Both the position numbers and the translations under genes were made by a program. A stretch of 64,000 bases of DNA. It comes from Dehalococcoidales bacterium. GTDB lineage: Bacteria; Chloroflexota; Dehalococcoidia; Dehalococcoidales; UBA1222. The DNA is taken from contig JAEESL010000001.1 in assembly GCA_016286345.1 (NCBI GenBank), forward strand, positions 50,219 through 114,218, written 5' to 3'. The stretch's first letter is position 1, and each line of letters opens with the position of its first letter. Shown here one piece after another: positions 45,690 to 53,931 of the stretch. Under the pieces are notes generated by a model. That model saw only the letters and a list, made by a program, of their open reading frames with translations. It had not been told where the DNA came from and searched no databases.

Positions 45690-46376
45690 ATGTCAAAAGA
45701 GACAAACTTGGTTTCCCGACGAGAGTTTCTTAAAGATGCCGGACTTGTAGTTGGCGGTGCAACTGTAGGTTCTGCGGCATTACTCTCTGCTTGTAAAAAC
45801 AATGGCAAGAGCGGCAGTGTAACCAAATATGTATGTCCGCTCGATTCCAAGGAATTCGATTCATTACAGGCTTTAAAAGATCACTATGCATCAGCTCATG
45901 AAGGAGTTGCCTTACCTGATTTCAAGACATTGAACATCAATGGTGTTGATTATTCATTAATTATCAATGATTATTGGTCTCTTGCATGGGTATTACGTGA
46001 AACATTAGGACTTTATGGTACCAAAGTTGGTTGCGACATGGGTCAGTGCGGTGCTTGTACAGTCATCGTTGATGACAAACCTATGTATGCCTGTTTACTT
46101 TTCGCATGCGAAATGGAAGGAAAGAAGATCCGAACTGTTGAAGGTTTGGCTGACTATGGCAATAAGTTAAACAAAGTCCAGCAGGCTTTCCATGATGCTA
46201 ATGCTACACAGTGCGGTTTCTGTACTTCAGGCTTCTTGATGGCTGCTCAGGCTCTTATTGAACGCAATTCAAGCCCAAGTGAAGATGAAGTAAGACACGC
46301 ATTATCAGGACATCTCTGCATGTGCCAGAACTTTAAGAAGACAATCGAAGCGGTTGTCGCAGCAGGAGGTAAATAA
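45690..46376 (+). CDS. XDH/aldehyde-oxidoreductase family [2Fe-2S] small subunit with Tat signal and lipobox (module 1)
   Basis: SRREFLK twin-arginine motif, then LLSAC. 2Fe-2S motifs GCDMGQCGACTV and CGFCTSGF...CMC. Confidence 0.85.
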   Translation: MSKETNLVSRREFLKDAGLVVGGATVGSAALLSACKNNGKSGSVTKYVCPLDSKEFDSLQALKDHYASAHEGVALPDFKTLNINGVDYSLIINDYWSLAWVLRETLGLYGTKVGCDMGQCGACTVIVDDKPMYACLLFACEMEGKKIRTVEGLADYGNKLNKVQQAFHDANATQCGFCTSGFLMAAQALIERNSSPSEDEVRHALSGHLCMCQNFKKTIEAVVAAGGK

Positions 46377-48700
46377 TGGCTCTTCCTGAAATGAAAGTAA
46401 TGGGTTTAGGAACCCCGGGTAATGACAAAATCAGATCATTCTTTATGGATGACCTTTTGACTGGTAAACCTCGATTTGTCGGTGACCGACATTTCGCTGG
46501 TCAGCTTTATGCAGTTGCTAAGCATGCAACAGTAGATCATGCTAACATCACTAAAATTGACGCATCAGAAGCTCTCAAAGTTCCCGGCGTCGTTAAAGTT
46601 CTTACATATGATACCAACCCTGAATGGGCACGAACTGCCCCGATTCTTTACAAGACAGTACCTTTCTATGGCGCTCCTATTGCCCTGATTATCGCGACTG
46701 ACTGGTATATTGCACAGCGTGCAGTCAATCTTGTAAAGGTTGATTATGAAGTCCTTCCTGCCGTCATCAAGACAACTGATGTCATGGCTGATGATGAAGC
46801 AATGACCAGAGATACTTCAGCTCCTTTGAGCGGTAGATTTGCTGATTCCAACTTCCAGTCATCTGGTGTTACCAACCGAGGTGATGTTGATGCTGCCTTG
46901 AAGTCTGCTGCATACACCAGGACAATCAGTGATATGCCTTGGACTACACGATATCAGCATCAGCCTCTTGAACAGTATGAAGCACTTGCTTACTGGTCTG
47001 GTGATGAAGTTTATGTTTATATCGCTTCACAGAACATTCATGGTCATCATCGATCCCTTCACAATTGGACCGGAATTCCTTTGAATAAACTTCATGTCTA
47101 TTCTCCCGGCTGCGGTGGCGGTCTCGGTACACGACTTAACAACCCTGAAGCATTAATGGCAGTATTTGCATCCAAGGAAGTTGACGGACGACCTGTTCTT
47201 TACAAATGCACCAAGAAACATTCAATGCTTTTCGGCGGACGACAGTTTGATGCACGATCAGTTATCACTATCGGTTGTGATAAGGACGGCAAACTGGTCG
47301 CTCTGGATGTCAAATATGTCTGCAACGGCTATGGTGCAGGTATTACTCCTATCTTCTCCAAGACCTTAACTATCCCTAACATGAGATATGAAGGCACCAG
47401 ACTTTATCTTAATGATCAGGACCGATGTGCATGGCGTTGTGTTAATGATCCTCCTACTGGTTATCATTTCACTCATGCTCTTGATCTTGTTGCTGAAGAT
47501 CTCAACATGCGACCTGATGAAATCCGATTGAAGAATATCATGGGTGAACATGATGTTGATCAGGATTCAGGTCTTCCTTTCGGTACTAAGGAAGTCAATG
47601 CATGTCTTGATAAAGTACTTCAGGAGAGCGGATTCGCTTCCAAGTGGCACAAGCCCGGTACTAAGAAACTGGCAGATGGCCGACTCCATGGTATCGGTGT
47701 CCATTGTCATCATGATAGCCATGGCCGAATCGCTGGTTCTGACCGTGCTACTATCGTTCTTATGCTTCAGGATGGTACTGCAGCAGTTCTCGATGGTGGT
47801 TCTGCACCTCACAACCAGATGACTGAACAGGCTATCGTTGCAGCAGAAGTCCTCGGTCTTAAGATCGATGATGTCAAGACTCCTGTCTATGGTAACAGTG
47901 ATGCAACCCTCAACGGCGGTATGCATGGCGGTTCATCATTCACTGGTTCTACCGGTGGTGCTACCATGAAAGCAGCTGAACAGTGCCGAAAGCAGGTCTT
48001 TGAAGCTGCATGCAAGAATGCAACATTCTCTGCAGTAAATGCAAAACCTGAAGATCTTGATTCAAAAGATAGTGTTATCTTCCTTAAGAGAGATCCTTCA
48101 GTCAAAGCAACATTCGCTGCAATTTGTTCATCGGCTCTCAATCCTATCGGTGGCATTGGACACGGCTGGAACAACGTTGATGCAGACGGCACCGGCGGTT
48201 TACAGAGACCTAAGGATGGTTTCGAAGTCGGTCACAATACTGAAATGGGTTCTGCCTGCGCAGATGTCTGCGAAGTCGCAGTTGATCCTGAAACTGGCGA
48301 AGTAGAAATTCTCGAACACTGGAATGCAGTCGGTACCGGACGTGTTATCTACACCGACGGTGTACTTCAGCAGATGGGTTCAGGTACTGAACTTCAGGTC
48401 AACATGGCCCTCTACTATGGTGATATCAAAGATATTCCTACCGGTAATATTATCGGTACCCAGTACACTGAATCACAGATGATAACAACCCTCGACTGCA
48501 ACCCTTCACGATATCATCTGTATCCTATTGAAGGTGATAACCATACCGGTCCTCTCGGTGCTCATGGTATCGGTGAACCTTGTGTTGGTGGTTACTGCTG
48601 TATTCTCTCAGCAATCTATAACGCAATTGGTAAGTGGGTCGACACTGACCATGGTGCTTGTAACCCTGATAGAGTTCTCAAGGCTCTTGGAAAGGCATAG
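46376..48700 (+). CDS. XDH/aldehyde-oxidoreductase family molybdopterin-binding large subunit (module 1)
   Basis: 774 aa. GCGGGLGTR (compare GGGFGGK) and C-terminal GAHGIGEP, which holds the catalytic Glu context. Start overlaps the small-subunit stop (ATAATG). Confidence 0.85.
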   Translation: MALPEMKVMGLGTPGNDKIRSFFMDDLLTGKPRFVGDRHFAGQLYAVAKHATVDHANITKIDASEALKVPGVVKVLTYDTNPEWARTAPILYKTVPFYGAPIALIIATDWYIAQRAVNLVKVDYEVLPAVIKTTDVMADDEAMTRDTSAPLSGRFADSNFQSSGVTNRGDVDAALKSAAYTRTISDMPWTTRYQHQPLEQYEALAYWSGDEVYVYIASQNIHGHHRSLHNWTGIPLNKLHVYSPGCGGGLGTRLNNPEALMAVFASKEVDGRPVLYKCTKKHSMLFGGRQFDARSVITIGCDKDGKLVALDVKYVCNGYGAGITPIFSKTLTIPNMRYEGTRLYLNDQDRCAWRCVNDPPTGYHFTHALDLVAEDLNMRPDEIRLKNIMGEHDVDQDSGLPFGTKEVNACLDKVLQESGFASKWHKPGTKKLADGRLHGIGVHCHHDSHGRIAGSDRATIVLMLQDGTAAVLDGGSAPHNQMTEQAIVAAEVLGLKIDDVKTPVYGNSDATLNGGMHGGSSFTGSTGGATMKAAEQCRKQVFEAACKNATFSAVNAKPEDLDSKDSVIFLKRDPSVKATFAAICSSALNPIGGIGHGWNNVDADGTGGLQRPKDGFEVGHNTEMGSACADVCEVAVDPETGEVEILEHWNAVGTGRVIYTDGVLQQMGSGTELQVNMALYYGDIKDIPTGNIIGTQYTESQMITTLDCNPSRYHLYPIEGDNHTGPLGAHGIGEPCVGGYCCILSAIYNAIGKWVDTDHGACNPDRVLKALGKA

Positions 48701-48714
48701 TTTAGGAGGATACT

Positions 48715-49650
48715 ATGGATAACATTAAACATTATGAAGCTACATCTTTAGACGATGCTGTTTCCATCCTGGCCAAAGGCAAGGGAGCAGTTTGTGCCGG
48801 CGGTTCTGACCTGATGACTTACCTTAAGGGTTTCATCGTTGCTGATCCTCCGACAAACATTGTCGACATCAAACGAATTTCAGGTCTTTCTTACATTAAG
48901 AAAGATGGCGATACCCTCAAAATCGGTGCCTTGACTACATTGTATGAAATTGCAAACAGTGATGATGTAAAGAACAACTGTCCTGCACTTGCAGAAGCAG
49001 CCGGTTTAGTCGCTTCTCCTGAAATCAGATTCCAGGGAACTATTGGTGGTAATATCTGCCAGAAGCCTCGATGTATTTATTATCGAAACGAATTTGATGA
49101 TTATCCCTGCAAACGAAAGGGTGAATCCAGCATGTGCTATGCTGTTGCAGGTGTAAACAGATATCATTCAATTTTCGGTTTGAAAGACACCTGCATGGCA
49201 GTATGTCCTTCCGACACTGCACCTGTACTGGTAGCAGTTGGTGCTAAGATCGTTACCACTAAGAAAACATGGGATGCCAAGGACTTCTTCGTAATTAAAG
49301 GCGAACAGATCAACTCAATCGATGCTGACGAAATCGTCAAAGAGATCCAGGTTCCTGCAGCCAAGAAGAGTGTTTACAAGAAGTTTGCATTCCGAAAATC
49401 AATCGACTTCCCGTTGGTAAGCGTTGCAGTAGCACAGACAGGCAGCTCAGCAAAAGTAATCCTCGGAGCTTGCTTCAATGAACCTTATGAAATTGATGCA
49501 GCAGAAATCGCCGGTGGTAACTTCTCTGAAGCCAACGCTGAAGCAATTGCAGCCAAAGTCGATGCAAAAGCAAAGACAACAGCTCAGAATAAATACAAGG
49601 TTCAGATTGCAAAGACTCTTATCAAGAGAGCAATTCTTTCACTGGCCTAA
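48715..49650 (+). CDS. XDH family FAD-binding medium subunit (CoxM/PaoB-like) (module 1)
   Basis: 311 aa. AGGSDLM and TIGGNICQ motifs. Confidence 0.8.
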   Translation: MDNIKHYEATSLDDAVSILAKGKGAVCAGGSDLMTYLKGFIVADPPTNIVDIKRISGLSYIKKDGDTLKIGALTTLYEIANSDDVKNNCPALAEAAGLVASPEIRFQGTIGGNICQKPRCIYYRNEFDDYPCKRKGESSMCYAVAGVNRYHSIFGLKDTCMAVCPSDTAPVLVAVGAKIVTTKKTWDAKDFFVIKGEQINSIDADEIVKEIQVPAAKKSVYKKFAFRKSIDFPLVSVAVAQTGSSAKVILGACFNEPYEIDAAEIAGGNFSEANAEAIAAKVDAKAKTTAQNKYKVQIAKTLIKRAILSLA

Positions 49651-49684
49651 TTTAATAATTTATTCTAAGTAAGGTATAATTAAT

Positions 49685-49711
49685 GGAGGAGGCGGGTTAA
49701 CTGCCTCCTCC
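49685..49711 (+). terminator. GC-rich hairpin after molybdoenzyme operon 1 (weak or absent T-run)
   Basis: ggaggaggc gggttaact gcctcctcc, a 9-bp perfect stem. Confidence 0.45.
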
Positions 49712-49730
49712 TTGACTATAAGTAGAGTGA

Positions 49731-50387
49731 ATGAATATGAGTGCAGCAGAAAAGATCGGATCATTTATTAAGAACAATAAACTGAAAATTATATTCTTTG
49801 TAGTTGTTATATGTCTGTTTCCAACAGCTATGATCAAAGTTAAATGTCCTATTTGTTCTAATTCCGGTCAGCTTGAGACCAGTAAACTGTCTTCTGTCGA
49901 CATCCGTAATCTTGATGCAACAGTAGGGGGAGCATATTTTGCTGTCTGTGCGTCATACCGTGTTTATATAACGGATGTTACTGTTAAGCTTGTTAATCAG
50001 GCAACTGAACAGGCAAATGGGTATTTGAGTTTGTCTCTTATTGATTATGTGTCCGGACGAACACTGGATACTCAGTATGTCGTTGTTGATATTCCTCCAA
50101 AGAAGGAAATGAATGCTACATACCATTTGTTCTTCCAGACACAGGTCGATGATCCCAAAACGATTAAGATCAGTGCCAGACTTACCCATAATATGGCGGA
50201 AGACAAGGCATGTCACGGAACTGGTTATGTGAAGCTTAATGAATGGCCTTTGTGCTTTGCAATGAAGAAGAGTATTACTGAAGCTCAGAAGGTAGAAGTC
50301 TCAGAACCTGCATTTATTCCTCTGTTTGTTGCTCCTGAAGATTGGGATATTACTCAGCCTTTTGAACTGGATTCATATAATTTTTAA
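49731..50387 (+). CDS. Membrane-anchored hypothetical protein with split CxxC / CxGxG zinc-knuckle-like motifs
   Basis: 218 aa. TM helix IIFFVVVICLFPTAMI. CPICSNSG at aa ~39 and DKACHGTG at aa ~158. Confidence 0.55.
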   Translation: MNMSAAEKIGSFIKNNKLKIIFFVVVICLFPTAMIKVKCPICSNSGQLETSKLSSVDIRNLDATVGGAYFAVCASYRVYITDVTVKLVNQATEQANGYLSLSLIDYVSGRTLDTQYVVVDIPPKKEMNATYHLFFQTQVDDPKTIKISARLTHNMAEDKACHGTGYVKLNEWPLCFAMKKSITEAQKVEVSEPAFIPLFVAPEDWDITQPFELDSYNF

Positions 50388-50404
50388 GCTACTTTCAACT
50401 AAAC

Positions 50405-50434
50405 AAAAATGCCGGTATCACTACCGGCATTTTT
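50405..50434. terminator. Bidirectional rho-independent terminator
   Basis: aaaaatgccggta tcac taccggcattttt, a perfect 13-bp stem, between convergent genes. Confidence 0.75.
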
Positions 50435-50453
50435 ATTGCTGTTCGGGTTGATA

Positions 50454-51848
50454 TTATTCTGGTTTTACAATTTCAAGCAATTGATTAATGACAGGATCGA
50501 GCATGGATAAGTCATAACCGACTTTAATGGGTTTGATTGTCATTTCTGGTTCATACTCTACCACAGGTTCTTCTGCTGGCTCTTCGGTAACTTCTGATTC
50601 GTTGTCTTCGGAAACGGATTCAGTCTCTTCTGCTTCAGCTGCAGGGTCTTCAACTGCTTCATTATCTTCCACATTAACGTAAGCTGATATTTCATTATTG
50701 TCATTTATTATTGCAACTGAAGGAACATCATTGTCATTCTGTTCAATTGTACTGAGTTCTGTTTCAGGTATTTCATCGATTACAATCATGTTGACTGGCT
50801 TCGCCATTGTTTCAGGATCAATTTGTTCAGGTTTAAGATTTTCCTTAATACGTTCAGAATCAAATGCATCTCTGCTTAGAATATAAGTGCAGTATCGTGG
50901 TTCAAGAATGGCAGAGTGTCGCTTGATGGATTTAACACCTTTCTTGTTAAACCAGTCTGTTTCTTCTTCTACCTCAATGGCAATATCTGGTCTGCACATT
51001 CTGGTGTAGTCTGCAATAAGATTGATGTCATTGTAATCTTCTGCTGTGATGATAAAGATGTCAGGCCAGAGATTTGTTTCTCCCCATTTGTCTTTAATAT
51101 GATCGGTATTCAGCCATTCCTGATTGCGTGGAACTGACTGTGCCCTGAAGCATGGTCGGTGAAATTCACAGCGTATGCCTATCATCTTGGCCCAGTCTTT
51201 TTTCTTCAGAATGATTTTCGGTGTCAGAAGATTGCAATCTGCATCTTCTTCAAAAAGGATCTTGTTCGTGATTCTCGGCTGCGGAACTTTTTGTTCTTCA
51301 CCGCCGGTCGAATTGACTTCGAGATCAGTGCCTGATTTTGCACTGTTGAATGATTCCACGGAAAACATCTTTTCCGGGGCAAGTTTATTGACAATGCATA
51401 AAGTCAAAAAGTACTTGTATCCTTTTTCAAAGTAATCGGCACACTGCATTTTGACTTTTTCTCTTGCTTCTTTTTCATAATCATCTATTGTTTTATTGCC
51501 CTTGAATACATCGATAAGGGTAGTGTACAGCCCTTCAGAAATGAAATGTCTCGGACCGTCCAGGAAGTATCCGATTGATTTCTCCATCACGATTCCTTCG
51601 GGAGCAATCGTTGATGTTATTTCATTCTTTACTTTTTGCCAGTTAACGGATAGCTCTTCTGCGTCGGCTATTTCATCAGGAATTGTAGTATCGACAATAA
51701 TATCGTTGATTTTGTCGAATCTCTTGTAGAATTCTTGTCTGTAACCATCAGCCAGCATAGTGGAATTTTTTGTGAATTTGATATGATCGGGATTTTCTTC
51801 AACATACTTTACCAAATCTGAATAAATCTCGCGCCATTCCTCAGTCAT
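50454..51848 (-). CDS. Hypothetical protein (orphan family A) with acidic low-complexity C-terminal region
   Basis: 464-aa ORF convergent on molybdoenzyme operon 1. No motif recognised. Weak similarity, judged by eye, to the 427-aa ORF at 59042-60325. Confidence 0.6.
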   Translation of the reverse strand: MTEEWREIYSDLVKYVEENPDHIKFTKNSTMLADGYRQEFYKRFDKINDIIVDTTIPDEIADAEELSVNWQKVKNEITSTIAPEGIVMEKSIGYFLDGPRHFISEGLYTTLIDVFKGNKTIDDYEKEAREKVKMQCADYFEKGYKYFLTLCIVNKLAPEKMFSVESFNSAKSGTDLEVNSTGGEEQKVPQPRITNKILFEEDADCNLLTPKIILKKKDWAKMIGIRCEFHRPCFRAQSVPRNQEWLNTDHIKDKWGETNLWPDIFIITAEDYNDINLIADYTRMCRPDIAIEVEEETDWFNKKGVKSIKRHSAILEPRYCTYILSRDAFDSERIKENLKPEQIDPETMAKPVNMIVIDEIPETELSTIEQNDNDVPSVAIINDNNEISAYVNVEDNEAVEDPAAEAEETESVSEDNESEVTEEPAEEPVVEYEPEMTIKPIKVGYDLSMLDPVINQLLEIVKPE

Positions 51849-51997
51849 AACTTAATAACCCCCATTTTTTTTATAACTAAGTAATACAATAACTACCTTA
51901 TATTATATTATCAGTTTTATTTAAGAATATATAAATAAATTAATGTTTTTTGCCCGTTGACATCAATAAATCATATATAGTATGACTTTAAAACCCC

Positions 51998-53931
51998 GTT
52001 TTTGACAGTTTTGATTGATAAAAACAGCCCGATTCGTGCCTAAAACGGCCGTTTTCCGGGCTTTAAAAACCACTTCGTTTTGTGGTAATTTCTTTTACTT
52101 TTTGGTCTTTGTACAGATCTTTTTCATTTCCCTGTTGCTGATTATCTGCCTGTCTGTCCTGAACCCGAACACTTCATGTAAGTCATCTGTCAGGTCTGTT
52201 CTGGTATACGCGGGTATGTATCCTTCTCCTTTCGCATCCAGCATCATCATCTTCCTGAGTGTCCCGATCAGCTCTTCACAGGTGTATTTTTCTCCCAGCT
52301 TCTTCTCTAATATCCTGTATATGATCATCGCCATAAAGCACGTCATAAAGTGTGCAGTTATCCTGTCTTTCCTGCTCATATATACAGGTCTTGATTTGAA
52401 CTCTTTCTTCATTATCCTGAAGCACTCTTTTATCTCCCACCTCTTCTTGTTGACCTCTATGATCGACTCAACTTCGTCTTCAAGGTTGGTGCATACCGCA
52501 TAAAAGCCGTCATATCTTTCTTCCTGATCTATCTTCTTGTTGTTTATGCCTCTTATCTTCTTTTCAGCCACTTCTCCGTTATCAGTACAGTACGTATCTT
52601 CGATAAAGCGCTTATAGTCGTTGGCTCTCATGTGATCCCTGTTTCCTGATACCGTCTTTATTGCTCTCTCAACCTGATTGTTCCTTACGTTTCTCTGGTA
52701 TTCCTGATACTTGAGTGAGTAGGAGACTATCAGCCTCTGCTCCAACCCGTCTTCATTTATCCATCTTTCCTTATAGAATACTTTGTCATAATCAGTGTTC
52801 GCATTGAGATCATTAAGGTTATATTCCTTCCTGGAGCCTTTGAGATGCCATCCTTCAGGACTTAAACAGTATTTCTGTAAATGACTTTTCATTTTCTTGA
52901 CCGACTGTACGGTTATAAAGCCTCTGTCTGCTACATCATTGAACCTGCGGTTGACTGTCGATGACAGTCCCGCATCAGTACATACTACGAACCTGCTCAT
53001 CCCGAAGTCAGATATCATCTTCTTCTCAAGAGGGGTCATCGTTGTCTGTTCGTTGGCATTTCCATTGAAGACGGTAAATGACAACGGTACACCGTCAGCA
53101 TCCATAAATAATCCCATCTGTACTATTGGGTTGGGCCTGTTTTCTTTGGAGTGTCCGTACTTCCTGAAGTCATCCTCTTCTTCTATCTCGAAGTAGAAGT
53201 TGGTGCAGTCATAATACAGGATTCCTTTCTTTCTGTTTATGACCTTAAGTGAGTTCTTATACAGTTCAGACTGTATATAATCGTTCTCCTTGCATAAGAC
53301 CTCCAGTCCTCTGTAAACATGCTGCAGTCTGAAAGTTTTCTTTTCCAGGTATCTGTCTGCTTCTTCATATGTCCTGAGCTTGGAGGCCGGATCAAGTATC
53401 CTGGAGTAGATGAGTCTGGAAAGGATATTATTCAGGTCATACTTGCACCTGTATTTTTCCATTATCTTCTCACATATCTTATCGAGTCCCAGTTGATAAT
53501 AGATATCCTGCAGAAAGAGATAACCGATGTTATATAATCGTTGTTCATTCTTCTCGAGTTGTCTGGTAGGAGAGTACTTGATGATGATATCCGCATTTTC
53601 CTCTTTTTCCTTACGAGTACACTCTATGGCATATTGTTTTGCCCATTCGTAAGGATCCATATCTCCGGCACGCTTTTTGACATCCTCAAGGGAACCCAGC
53701 TTTTCCACTGTCTTGGTAAAAGTCTTGGCACCGACTCTGACTGTTCTGGTGAGATAGAAATGCACTGTATTTTTGGTTCTTGTAATGTTTATCTTCATAT
53801 AGCACCTCTCATAGAAGTATTATACCATAAAAAATCACAAAACACCACAATAAATTAGAGAAAATTTGCATAAAAAAACAGGCTTTTTGTACCTGAATTC
53901 AAAAAAAGTCTATTTCCTAACTGTCAAAAAC
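51998..53931 (-). mobile_element. IS1634-family insertion sequence (approximate ends)
   Basis: 13-bp terminal inverted repeats GTTTTTGACAGTT (51998-52010) and AACTGTCAAAAAC (53919-53931) flank a 567-aa transposase gene. No clear target-site duplication seen. Confidence 0.65.
52095..53798 (-). CDS. IS1634-family DDE transposase
   Basis: 567 aa. N-terminus MKINITRTKN..YLTR..R.G.K, and DDE-region blocks YYDCTNFYFE, VVCTDAGL and RWEIKECFRIMK. Confidence 0.8.
   Translation of the reverse strand: MKINITRTKNTVHFYLTRTVRVGAKTFTKTVEKLGSLEDVKKRAGDMDPYEWAKQYAIECTRKEKEENADIIIKYSPTRQLEKNEQRLYNIGYLFLQDIYYQLGLDKICEKIMEKYRCKYDLNNILSRLIYSRILDPASKLRTYEEADRYLEKKTFRLQHVYRGLEVLCKENDYIQSELYKNSLKVINRKKGILYYDCTNFYFEIEEEDDFRKYGHSKENRPNPIVQMGLFMDADGVPLSFTVFNGNANEQTTMTPLEKKMISDFGMSRFVVCTDAGLSSTVNRRFNDVADRGFITVQSVKKMKSHLQKYCLSPEGWHLKGSRKEYNLNDLNANTDYDKVFYKERWINEDGLEQRLIVSYSLKYQEYQRNVRNNQVERAIKTVSGNRDHMRANDYKRFIEDTYCTDNGEVAEKKIRGINNKKIDQEERYDGFYAVCTNLEDEVESIIEVNKKRWEIKECFRIMKKEFKSRPVYMSRKDRITAHFMTCFMAMIIYRILEKKLGEKYTCEELIGTLRKMMMLDAKGEGYIPAYTRTDLTDDLHEVFGFRTDRQIISNREMKKICTKTKK

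Noticed and set aside
45637-45692. Leader-peptide uORFs in both molybdoenzyme operon leaders (also 54422-54471).
   Set aside because: I did not call them as features. The only in-frame start candidates are CTG/GTG placed 0-3 nt after the SD-like box, and the two peptides share no similarity. The chance of such open frames is not negligible. The idea is kept only as a low-interest finding about the conserved box.
50900-51100. A PD-(D/E)XK nuclease-like motif in the 464-aa orphan (RPDIAIEVEEE).
   Set aside because: The candidate residues are not matched in the putative paralogue (IPNSVIGVGKK), and there is no supporting D...ExK spacing. This is pattern over-reading.
52015-52503. 162-aa plus-strand ORF overlapping the 3' end of the transposase gene.
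   Set aside because: It is antisense to the IS1634 transposase, is hydrophobic low-complexity sequence typical of AT-rich antisense frames, and has no RBS.
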